Position numbers and translations under genes: made by a program | Shown here: one piece after another, positions 1-12,000 of the stretch | Layout of the letters: the number at the start of each line of letters is the position of its first letter | How positions within the stretch are numbered: position 1 is the stretch's first letter | DNA from: Ascidiella aspersa | Lineage: Eukaryota | Length of the DNA: 64,000 nt | Direction: 5' to 3' | NCBI GenBank assembly: GCA_963924565.1 | Contig: OZ004609.1 | Coordinates: 7,936,001 to 8,000,000 of the forward strand | The notes under the pieces: model-generated | What the model saw: only the letters and a program-made list of their open reading frames with translations | The model's database searches: none | What the model was told of the DNA's origin: nothing

Positions 1-51
1 TGATTAATATAATTATATATGTCCACGGTGCATATAAAAAAATTGGCTTAC

Positions 52-3000
52 CTCATTTTGATCAAATTCCGCGAGAACTTCCTTAAAGTGCATTTTTATA
101 TCGTCTTCTAGCTTTTGTCGAATATCAGTAAACTCCTTTTCTGGTTTTTGATGATTGATGAGTTCGTCGTATTTCTTCAAACTTTTGTTTTCATTAAGCT
201 CGTGTCGTTCTTCCAATTTTTGTCTGTCTGATATTTGAGAGATCTAAACATGTTTGCGATGGTCAGCCGACTAAATTTGCTTATTGTATAATTATGCCCT
301 AAATTTGTTTTCGAAAGATATCTTGTTTTGCTGTTATTTTATATGGACCAAACGTTTATTTTCGGGACATATCGTGTTTTGCCGCTGTTCTCTTTTGGGT
401 AATTTTGATATGTTGCAGAACGATATTAAATAATATGTTTCAGAACGATATAAAAGCAAAGTGTAATGTAAATCATTAAAAAAATTAACCTAGTATATAA
501 CCCTATTTATAATAACCCAATTACTTTCCCCCTACCTCTCCTGACAAAATATACAACAACCGCAATCGCTATCCACTCTAGTTTCAAACACTGTTTTTAG
601 TTTAAAAGATGTGCCATTTCACTATAGGCACATACCAAATACGTGTAAATAGTACAGTGTTTTCTGAAGGTAAAAATAACCTAACCAAGGAACTTAAATG
701 TACGCAAATCATCTTAATTTAATTGGTTATGTATACTACTTACATTTTTTTTCATTTCTTGTTTATATTCGTCAAATGCTTTATTCTTTGCTTTTATGAA
801 CTCGTATCGTGCATTTTCCTATGACAAAATTTCAAAGAAATGTAAAACTTCGTTGGTAGTAAAACTTTGCGAGCAACGTTCATACACGTCCCCATGCTTT
901 TTCTATACCTCTTTAAGCTATAGATTAGCTAAAAAACAACAAGCTTTACACATGTTTTTGCTATACATTAAATCAAGATGAAATGTGGCTTGGTGACATC
1001 CTATATTTAAGCCGATAACGGCTGTTTCGTTGGCATACTTTTACCAAAATTTAAAAATAACATGAACCGCTCGAAAAATGCATGTATTAAGAGTTTTGAG
1101 AAAAATAATCGGATATTAGTATGTTAAACATTATTTTTGTTGAATAAAGCTGCTTTAAGTTCGTAATGAAAAATAAAGATGTTTAGGTGAGGTGAAATAA
1201 TTTACATTTACAGGTTTGCATATACAAAAACAGTGATTTTGAGATTACTTTTAATACATGTTTTTACAAGTTGATTTAGCAAGATTGCAAATTATTCGTA
1301 AGTGTAGTAACCTTTTTTTTATTATTCCGCCCCAAAATAGAACGGAAGTAACTATCAATATCTTCATTGAGGCTTTCACGGATCTCTGTAAATTCCTTGT
1401 TTAACTTCTTTATCTCAACACCGTTAAATTCTTTTTCACTTTTAGACTTGAGTTGCCTATGCCTGTCCTGTAAAATGCTGTCCTCTTCGTAGAATTCAGA
1501 TACCTAAACATGTTTTGTGATCACCGGTAACAGCACAACTAATTAAAGATGCTGTTGCAAAAACAAAAACGATTCCAAAGATTTCCACTGCAACATTTAC
1601 AAATAAAAACACATTAAGGTGCCTTGTTTTAACAAGAAGAAAACAAACAAGGAATGACTGAACAACTCTTAGGAGGTTCTGTGATTTGTGCGACATAAGG
1701 TTATTTTTTGCAATACTGCATTCCTAAATATATTTACCTCGTCATCTTGTTTTTGGCAATATTTATTGTAGACGTTATTCCTTAATTTTTTCCACTCATT
1801 TAGAGCATTCTCCTGCAAGAAATATTTGCAATCATCATTGTAATTCACCAATGTTATACATTTTGAAGTTTACTTTTTATAAGCGACATAATATCGACTC
1901 CAAACTGGTCAGTCGTATAATATTCTAGCACAGCTCAGCTATTTATGGTAACAGAACAACTGTTTAACTAATGTATTCCACATAAAATACAGCAATTTTA
2001 TAGTGCCTATATATAAGTGTTGGGCAACATTAGTCTGAATAAACAATGCGCCACTGTACGAACTCTGGCGGAATTTTAATAATTTGAACTTAGTGATACA
2101 AGTAACTTAATAGACACTTGTTGTTTTTTTACAACTATTGTTTGCAAATGTGTATCTAACAATAGCTCTATATACCTGGAAGAAATTGGGTAAAGCTTTT
2201 GCATGATTTGTGAAAAAAGAAAATTAAGTTAATAAAACGTTTAATTTCGAAGAAGACGTTATGCTCAAGTACACGATCAGTATTGCTAAATTACGTAAAA
2301 ATGGCAATTACCAAGTAACGCTTGAGAATAATTACTTAACGACGCGCTAAGCCTTAATGGTCATAAAAATTATGCAACAAAAAAACTTTTCTAAAAGCTT
2401 TGAATTTTCGTCCAATTAAGAAGCCTAAATATTGTTAATAATACAATAAATATTCAATCCAATTGCACAAAAGGAGTTTCGCAATATGGAATCCTCTTAA
2501 TCTAATTGAAAACAAACGAAACCATATGAGCCTAATAATTTCAATACTTCAAGTAAAACAAACAAAAACACAATATGGTTTTCTGGTGGAAATTTCAACC
2601 TGCCACTCTTTTAATTGATCACGCCCCTGAAAAAAATTGGGTAAAGCAATTGCGGGTTGTCTTCTTTGTTATTTCGACAAAAATATTATTGGTTTACCTT
2701 ATGATCACAATTGCGCTGTTTAACATCATCAAAGTACTCATCAATTTCATTTTCGAGATTTTCACGAATGTTTTGAAAATAATCTTCTGGACGCTTGCTG
2801 GCCTTATCGTCGTAATCTCGTAACGCACGTGTCTTGAATTGTTCGTGCTTTTTTTCCAAACTTTCCGATTCTTGATAGTTTTGAGAATCCTAAATTTTTT
2901 TGAAAATATATGCAAAGTCGCACATACTGATTCAAAGTTACGCATGCGTTAAAATTAATGACGAAACTTTTTTTATATTGACAGTATTTTAGGTAGAATA

Positions 3001-6000
3001 GTACAATCCTAGCAGATGGTATATATAGCTTTGTAGTAGATATAAACAAGCAAACGATTTAGTTCTATCTCAATCCAAACGATTAAGTGCTATCTCAATC
3101 CAATGGGCAACTACGTAATAGTGATAAACACCTGAAAATTTATTTTACATTTTTGTACGATATATGACGATTGAATAATTGTCAATAACGACAAAAAATG
3201 CATTTTTGCAATTTTAAATCTTTTTACATGAAGATCTTTCTTGGGATACTACTTCCTGACATCATTAGTTAACTGTAATCTACCTTGTCGATACTTTTTC
3301 GGTAACGGGCGTAGGCGTCGTTCTTTGCTTTTTCCGACGTGTTTTGAGACTTTTCCTGAAACAATAGATTTGTTAAAAGTTAGGAATACTTTCTTATGTG
3401 CTTTAGCATTAAAGTTCAGTTTACCTCATATCTTATTGAGTTAATGCTATCAAATCATTAAACTCAAAGCTCTTGAAAAAACGTTTGAGTTGCTCTAAAA
3501 AGCATGTTATTCACCCTAACTCAGACAGATATATCGGGAATGATCGAGTAAATTGAACATAGTATTAGAAGTTGTTAAAGGACGTAAACGAAATTTCTAG
3601 TTTAACTGTTACAGCGAGAAACGTCATATGATTTCTATGTAAATGAGCAATACCACTTTACTGTTCTAGGTCGGCAGACTTATGGTGAGTAAACACGAAA
3701 TTCTGACGAGAGTTCCTAACCTAAAATGCGTGTTCATTTTAAATGTATGTGTTACGTCACTTTTACGTCGTGGCGCTCATGATACTGGTCACGTACGGGT
3801 CGACTACTGTATTACACTAAGGGTTTAAATAGGCGCCTGCATCCTTAGAAACTCCGGCATCTAGAAGTTTCGTCACATCTTAATCGGCTTTGCAGTTGCT
3901 ACTTGTACCGGTTGTTGTCGAACAGCCGAGACTATTGGTAGCGATCAACTGCTGTGTCTATTTTAGTGTGTCAGGCTCATCAAGCCGTTAGCTATCGCAT
4001 GCTTGTATGGATTTGACGAAGCGCTTAGTTTATGTGCCTGTCGTCTATAAAACATTTCTTGCTCTAATGTATAATTGCCAGTCGTAAGTCAACGTTGGTC
4101 AGTTGCTTGTTGTAGAAGTACCATCGGTTAAGTATACTAAATTTATTAGCATGTCGTGTTGTGTATAGGTTTAATTTACAAAATAACTATGTAAAATGAT
4201 GTTGATGCATGTAATATATATTTACAAGTATAATTGAGTGGCTTGTGTTTTATTAAGAACATTGAGCAGATTAGTTACGAAGAACAACACGAACTCACGG
4301 CGGTTTATGTCAAACAATAAATAGGCAGAATTAGCTAGTTAAGCTTTTTTGTAGAATTAACTAATATAGGACATAAAGCCGCTACAGTATGCTGTAAATC
4401 TATTTATGTTAATTTTATAATGAAGGGACACCATTTCAAATTAAGGAAGATTTCGTAGCATTAGCACGATTAAATCTAATAAATGTGCCTTGTGATAAAA
4501 GTACTGGTATTGTAAATTGGGATTTATATCTGCAAAATGCAAAGATTTTTTCTCTGTTACTTAAATGAAAAACTTTACTTCCTATTACCTTATTTTTGAT
4601 GTTGTGCTGCTGAACAAACAGAAAGTGCTTATTAATGTCTTCTTTAAGCTTTCGTTGAATCCTTTCAAAATGCTCTTTTGGCTTCTTATTCTCGATGCGA
4701 TTATTATATTCTTGCAATGCTTCAGACTGAAGTCGCTCGTGATCTTCTTTTAAACTTGCTTGACTCCGATAGGTATCACTCTCCTATACCCATTTAATAT
4801 AATCCATTACCTTTGATTTGTGATAAGCACGGTTTTCCATTATAAGTAACTTATAAGGTTTGTTTTTTATGGCCTAAAATAGAAATCAGTCCATGTGAAA
4901 AAATATATAACAATTTGAAAGCTGAACAATCCAAAATAGGAAAATATAATTGAATAAACGTTTAAAATCTCATAAACAACCTCATTGATGTTTCGTTGAT
5001 AGAAAGTGAACGCTTCGCTCCTTGCATTTTCAAAGTCGTTTTGTGCACTTTCCTTCAAGTAGTAAAAAATAAATTTCGTGTTACGTGGACTTGTCGAAGT
5101 AAATAGTTAAGTTAAGTTTGGCCAATAGGCGATAATGCTTGTTTGTGTGTTATGAGGTCGTCAAGGCACCAACTCATTTAACCGTGGAACGTTATTTGTC
5201 CTTGAAATACTTTATACGTTATACAATTTCCCACCGCACGCTGTTCGTTCCATCCTTTTATTTTGACGAACTCGTTGTCGAGAAATTCGTCGAGGTGCGA
5301 TCGACATTCCTGTGCGAAATCTTCACCTCTGTTCTGTACAATCAGTTCTCGCGCTTTGATCTTGTTTAGTTCGTGTTTTTCCTCGAGACGAGATAGTTCG
5401 GTGAAGGTCGAGCCGCAGTCCTGTAAAAAACAAAGAAAAATAAATATTTGGGCCAAACGCCTATTCATCTCAACACCAAATCGATTTGCACCTTGTATCC
5501 CTATATGATTGAATATATATATGCACATATATATTGCAAAATATTCTAAAAATTAAAATTGAAAGTCAAGTATGCTAATCATATAATATAAGGGATTAAG
5601 GAATTTGGTACAACAGTTTTATTTAAGCTGTGGAATGTTTATAAGATGCATGAAACCATTTTCAAGACATGTATTTCGTTATGCTTGATAGCTGAGAAGA
5701 ACTGTAAAACGAGTTTTTAATTTTTTGTTTGTTTATTTTGATGGTGGCAATAACATTGAAAAAATGTGTCCCTTTAGGAAATCGAAGCCAAATAAAGGTC
5801 AGGCAGCGTTGGTAACTTTGCCCGAAAAATACAATATCGATATTTAAAGGAAGATTTAGCTCGAATTTTGCTACTCTTAAAGGCGATAAGGTTTATGTCA
5901 GAAAGATTTTCTTACGCCTTATAAAAAAAACTAAAATGTATTCAATAAATGCTGTATACACACACGCATCAATCGGATGGGAAACTAAACAAAAAGGAAA

Positions 6001-9000
6001 TGAATACCGCTATCTTGACAACAGTAAGTGCTAAACAAACAGGAATATGTTGTACACAAAATGAGCTAACTACCCCATATGTGCTATTTATTGAAATCTT
6101 TTAAACGTGAAATAAGGAACGTACATGGGCCGGTACATATTTTAAATTTGAATTAATATCGGTAATTTTTTCAAAATTGCAAGAAATACCACTGGTATTT
6201 AAAACGATGAATGCGTTCTTAGTCTTACTTGTATCATTTGAGAAATGTAACTATCCTTAGCTCTGTTCATCAACCCCAAAGTCTGGTCTTCAGCTCTTTT
6301 CTGAAAACAAATTGGCTTTTAAATTTAACTGTGAATATCTAAAAATTCCTGATGTACATCAAATATAATGTTTGCAAACGATGAACTATTTAATGTAGAA
6401 TACAATTTATGAGTAACATAAAAACGAATTGCTCTGTTGCCGGAATGTTATTAGCAGTGTTTAAAATATATCCTACAAACCCTAACATGGTTAATAAGTT
6501 TTATACCAACAAATAAACAATTTTTCAGGTTTTGAAAGGCAAGTACGGGCTACTAAATTTGTGTTAGAAGCAATGTTTTAAAAAACTGAAAACGTAAAGA
6601 CATTAACAGTTTTTACAAACTGAAGAATTACGTGCGACCAGCGCCCAAAATTTTTATGTCAAACTATTGAAGTCAATCAAATGGATATCGAAAACCAATA
6701 TATTTACTTTATTAATGTCGTTGGTTTGCTGCATCTTTCGTTTCTCTTCAGCGATTTTTTCCAGGAGGCGTTTTCGCTCTTCCTCTCGCTCTGGATTCCC
6801 TTCGTCGAACTCAGAAGAGTCGTCGAACATTTGCAGTGCGCTTCTCTGCGACGACTCGTGAGTGGCGTTGAAAGCATGATCCTCCAAGAACACGCCCCGG
6901 CATTTCTAAATAACAGCAAAACACTTTTCCAACTTGAAAGTTCAACAAGATAAACGCACTGTATGCTTTTTATTGTTGAATTGTATAGCTGTTGGATAAA
7001 TGAATCATAACCAAATCATCTGGATAAAATGTACAATACGTCACGTCTCTATTATCAAAAGTAGGTAATTTATAATAATCAAATTTTTTCGCCTTAATTA
7101 TTTAGGATTGCTAATAAAATGATAAGATATGTTTTACGAAAGCGACCTGCTTACAAAAATTTAGCGCTCATTCTCTGCTGAACAGTTGCAGGCTAGTGTA
7201 GCAAAACGCTAACAAAGCAAAATTATACATTCTACACTAGGATTTCTCAGGTTTTGACTTCGATTTTTTGCGGGCAAATGAGTTAAAATAAAAGGCGTTT
7301 TATAACACACTATCATTTGCTTTTAATTTCTGTTTTAGTTTAGTAGGCCACTTGTACGATTTTTTTATTTTACTTGCGCATGTGTTTGGGAAAGAGAAAT
7401 TTTCTCAAGGTTAGAGAGTAATTTTCTCAAAAGGAAAGAGAATTTTTCTCATAACGTAAATTTGTGACGTGTTATCTAAAATTTAACTTCCCTTGTCCTT
7501 ACAGCAAACATCCTGAAACCACATTAGTTGGACGACATTCCGACCAAACAGCTGCCAACACGAGTTTACTATCACCTAGAAGACATTAGGCAACATCCTA
7601 CAAAATCCACATTTATATAAATGTCCCCACCTGTTCCATCCTTCCGACGTAAGCAGTGATGCATTTACTTGTTTCTCTTTCTAATCGACGTCGCATTTCA
7701 TCCTAAAAAATATAGCATTGCATTAATGTCACTCTTAAGTAAAAAGGTGGTTGATATGTGTACGCAGGTCCATTAGAGTGCAGATGAGTTCATGTGAATT
7801 TGGTTTTGTGCATGAGTTTGTATGAGAACCTATAAATGCGAGCTCGTGCGTGTGTGTTCTAGCAAAATCGGGGATCATCACAATAAAACGAAACCTGTTA
7901 TTGATTTTTGTTTGTGAGGAAAGTTTAATCATTACCGGATTGCCGTTATAATACCATGACAAAAACAATTGTACCCGTTTAAAGTAACATTCCGTCCGAA
8001 TCTGATTGAGCTGCTGTTTCATGCGTGTGGTCAGCCTGTTCGTAAAATGGTCAACCAGTTCTGCAGGGTAATCTTTGGTCTTTTGGTTGTACAAGCTGAA
8101 TGCGACTTCGCGGCTCTTTTTATCCGCGTCGCGCAAATCTTCTTCATTCATCATTTGGTCACCGATATCCTGTTTATTAAACACATAATCAGGGGGATTG
8201 TAAAAGGTGAAAGGGCATTCGGCAATACCACACAAACTACCTTAACTATTATGGCTTACTTTAACTAATACGTTAGTGCCAAAATATATGGTAGGTATCC
8301 TAGTATTCTTCAGAGTGTTTTGAGAAAATATTTCCAAATGGCGGCTTTCATAGTTTGATAAAAGTCTTTAAATTGAAAATGTAACTTTGCCCAGAATTTT
8401 ATCCAGACTCTACTGCCGTGTGGACTTCGTGAGTAACATTTTCACAATCTATAAACGAAACGCACTCTCTTACCCTTGGTATGAAACTGTTACGTGTTTT
8501 CTGTACAGTAAGCGGTCGCAGGGGGAATAGCCGTCACAAAATCATGTTAATAAAAGCGAGTATTTGGAGACATAATGTGAGAATATTTTGGATACTTAGT
8601 CTGCCACGTGTTTTTATAAAACAAACTTTTTCCTAACTTAAGAAAAATAAACGAAAATATATTTGACTCGTTACATTTCTCTTTACTTGTATCCTATTTG
8701 CTTTTCTCTTTTACTTGTATCCTATTTTTACTGGTTTGCTGGATAATGAGTTTTCCTTAGAGTAATAGTTTTGTGAGGACAACGCCTTATTCCCTAATTT
8801 TCTAAAGCCATATCTAAACACAAACCTTAAGCCATCCATAGAATCAAACATGGTAAATACCAAAAGCTTTTTTGTTGGATTTAACCCAATGTCTCCCTAC
8901 TATATTAGAAGAGCGTCAATGCTACGAAAAGGGCATTTTTTATAACTGGATTCATGGGACATCGAATTTTGAAGCCTATATAGTTATTTATCACTTTTTA

Positions 9001-12000
9001 CTAACAGTTCGAAGATTGGACGAATATTTTTCGGTAGCTTCCTCCACAGCCTCGCTAATGCAAATCTTCATAACATTCTGAAAAAAGCGTTAAAGTATGT
9101 TTTTTTGTATAAAAAGTGTAAAATAAAAAAAGTTAATAATACCGTATAATGTTGCACTGAATATGTGAATAATAGAAATCACCTTGACCCTTGCAAGATA
9201 AATGTCGACCTTAATTCCTGATCATTAACAGCAAAATAATCTAGCAAAGCTAGCAATTCAGGTCAGACACATTAACCAGATCTTAAAAAGATATATATAT
9301 ATTTCGCCAACTAAGGCATCGTCAGTATATCTTAATTCGAATGGAATTAAGATATACTGACGATGCCTTAGTTGGCGAAATATATATATATCTTTTTAAG
9401 ATCTGGTTAATGTGTCTGACCTGAATTGCTAGCTTTGCTAGATTATTTTGCTGTTAATACCGTATAAAGTAAAATCGAAAACTGTGTTTTGATTTTGAAC
9501 AAAGACAATCTCCAAAACTTTACAACTTTGATTGTGATTGAAATATGTTAAAACACTAGCCTACCTGCCGGTGGAAATTTTCAGAATGTAATGACTTGAA
9601 CTCCTGCTTTATAAGTTCAGCCAATTTCTGCTTGTATTTATCCACAATTTCCACAGGACAGTTTTCGGCCTTTTGCTCGTACAACTTAAATGCGGCTTTG
9701 CTGCTCTTGTCATCCGCTTCGGTCAAATCCTTTTCGTTCTTAGCTTCGCTGCCCGCGACCTGTGTTTAAAACAAGCAACAAAGAAGTCTGTATTACCCAA
9801 TCACTAACAATTAAGCTTCTGTTGACTCTATGCTAGCAAATTTAAATCTTCATAAAAATCCTAATAACTGCGCAGTGCGTACATTAATTTAAATGCTGTA
9901 AAATACATATGTTAACTCACTTGTTTCCACACAGATAAATACATTTCCTTAGCTTCCTTCACAGCGTCGTGAGCACGATGTTTGATTACATTCTGTAATA
10001 AAAAAAGAAATTTATTTTTTCATATTGCAGGTTTGTCCTAAATTGAGATATGAAAAAATTGTCCCAAATATTTTGTAAGCTTTTGTGAGTAATTTTTGTG
10101 TTACTGATTTTATAGTATTGACATACGCAGTAGGTTTTCTTTGCTATTTGACTGAAGAAAAACACTCCATTTGGTATTGTCCGTTGGCCAGACAACAAAT
10201 ACTTTAATAGCGTTATTACGCCTGTTTTAAAAGCAGTGTTATTATAGTTTGTTTTCTTCGGCCTGTTTTGTTGTTTTCAAATAAGGTTGGTACATTTATT
10301 ATTATCATATATCCAACCGACGCTGTTTCACTTTAATGTTTTTCGAAAAGCTTAATTCCAACAAAATTCGATCAGAAATTTTTACCCAAAATATAAAATA
10401 AGAGTCGATTTTATTTTTGACTTTTATTTCCATTTTTGAAATACCCTACTTCATAAAATACCTGCTTTATGTAGAGTTGTAGACTAACATTTATGAAAAT
10501 AAGATCGGTTTTAAGAACAAATCGTTAAATAAAAGTTTTAATTTTACGCATTTTTTCTATAGCATTTGTGTAAACAAAGAAAGGGCAGCATGACCTTGTT
10601 TAACGATTGTTTTCATTATTTAAATAGCTGCTGTCACGCTACTAAGTGAAATACATAATAGTTTACCCTTTGATTGATATTTTCCGTCTTAAACATCTTG
10701 AATTCAATTTCTATTCGTTCAGTGAGTTCGATTTTGTGTTTCTGAACGAACTCGTTTTGACAATCTTTGGTGGTTTCCTTAAAATGGCCGAAAGCTTCTT
10801 GGCGGAACTTATCGTCTGCGCCTCCCAAACTCTTTTCGTCTAGAAATTGACCCTTCGAGAACTGTGGAAAGGATTTGTATAAAACATGGCATTATTAATG
10901 AACAAATGATATATGTTTTATATTTATCCTAAACATACACATGAGTTTAAGAAAACAGCTGCAACCAGAAATTTAATAAATTGGTTGCTTCTACAACGAT
11001 TGCCACAATTTTGTTTACTCAGTCTTGCTAGTAACAAATTTTTAGACCAAGAACTATTTCTATTTTATGTCCATATATCAAGTAGTTACTCTTGTTATTG
11101 TCTTTATGGTTAAAACGTGAAACTTAATCTAGTAAATGGAACAATTAAAAGTCGCTGCAAATTTGTTTTTGAACAGGACTACAACAATTTGTTGATTGGT
11201 TTAATTACGACTGAAAACCAAATAGAATTGATTGTGCGAGCATACAGCTATTGTCGTAGATATAAGTTTACAATATTTCGTAACAAAACAATTAATCTTA
11301 AAAATGACCCCGCCTCGATTCAATTCGTGCTTAAATAGTAGAAAATCAAGGTAAATCAATTTCATTGAATTGATTTAACTTGTTAAAAAAAAGTTAGAAT
11401 CAGACTCTTGGGACATATAAAAGAGTACACTTCTCAAAACAATAATAGCAGTACCAGCGCACTTCTTGTGAAAATAATGAAAAAAATAGGAGCAATCAAA
11501 AAAAATATAGTTGGGAGAACGTTTTGTGATCTTTTTGATGTTATTTTAAAACATAAAATAGAAGATGTCATCAAAATAAGCTAAAAACTCATTCAAAAAA
11601 AACCTTTGCATTTACATATAGTTAAGAACAAAAATATTGGTATTCATGAAATAATTTGGATTAAGACGTTATATGTAAAAATCCATACGGTAGTAGGTAT
11701 CATTTTGAACGTTTCGAATAACTCTTTATTTATTTTTAACAATTGCAGAAGTTTTAAAACGTTTAAATTGATATGTAGTTCTGTATGTGTTGTGGTATTC
11801 TTATCACGCTTATGCTACAAAACTTGGATTAAAACTTGTAAGAAATGTGGTTTAGGTGGAGCCAGCGATATACCGGTGCCCAATGTTTATTAATCCCTAA
11901 ATTTGGTTGAAATACACATGTGTTTTAAAAGCGTTTTGTCGTCCCATTGAAGGTGTCACCTCTGACAAATAACATCGCTACAAAATTGCAAACAACCGAC

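Noticed and set aside
3607-4316. Relatively GC-rich intronic block with TGTT... and ...AACA ends, resembling a solo LTR
   Set aside because: No matching 4-6 bp TSD, PBS or PPT for any candidate end pair; not supportable without a repeat library.
7146-7580. Extra minus-strand AG...GT segments in the intron of module 6 (~7505-7575 and ~7155-7195)
   Set aside because: Lengths break the frame, and the true 72-nt exon at 7702-7631 already fits the module pattern; neither encodes an atlastin TM hairpin.
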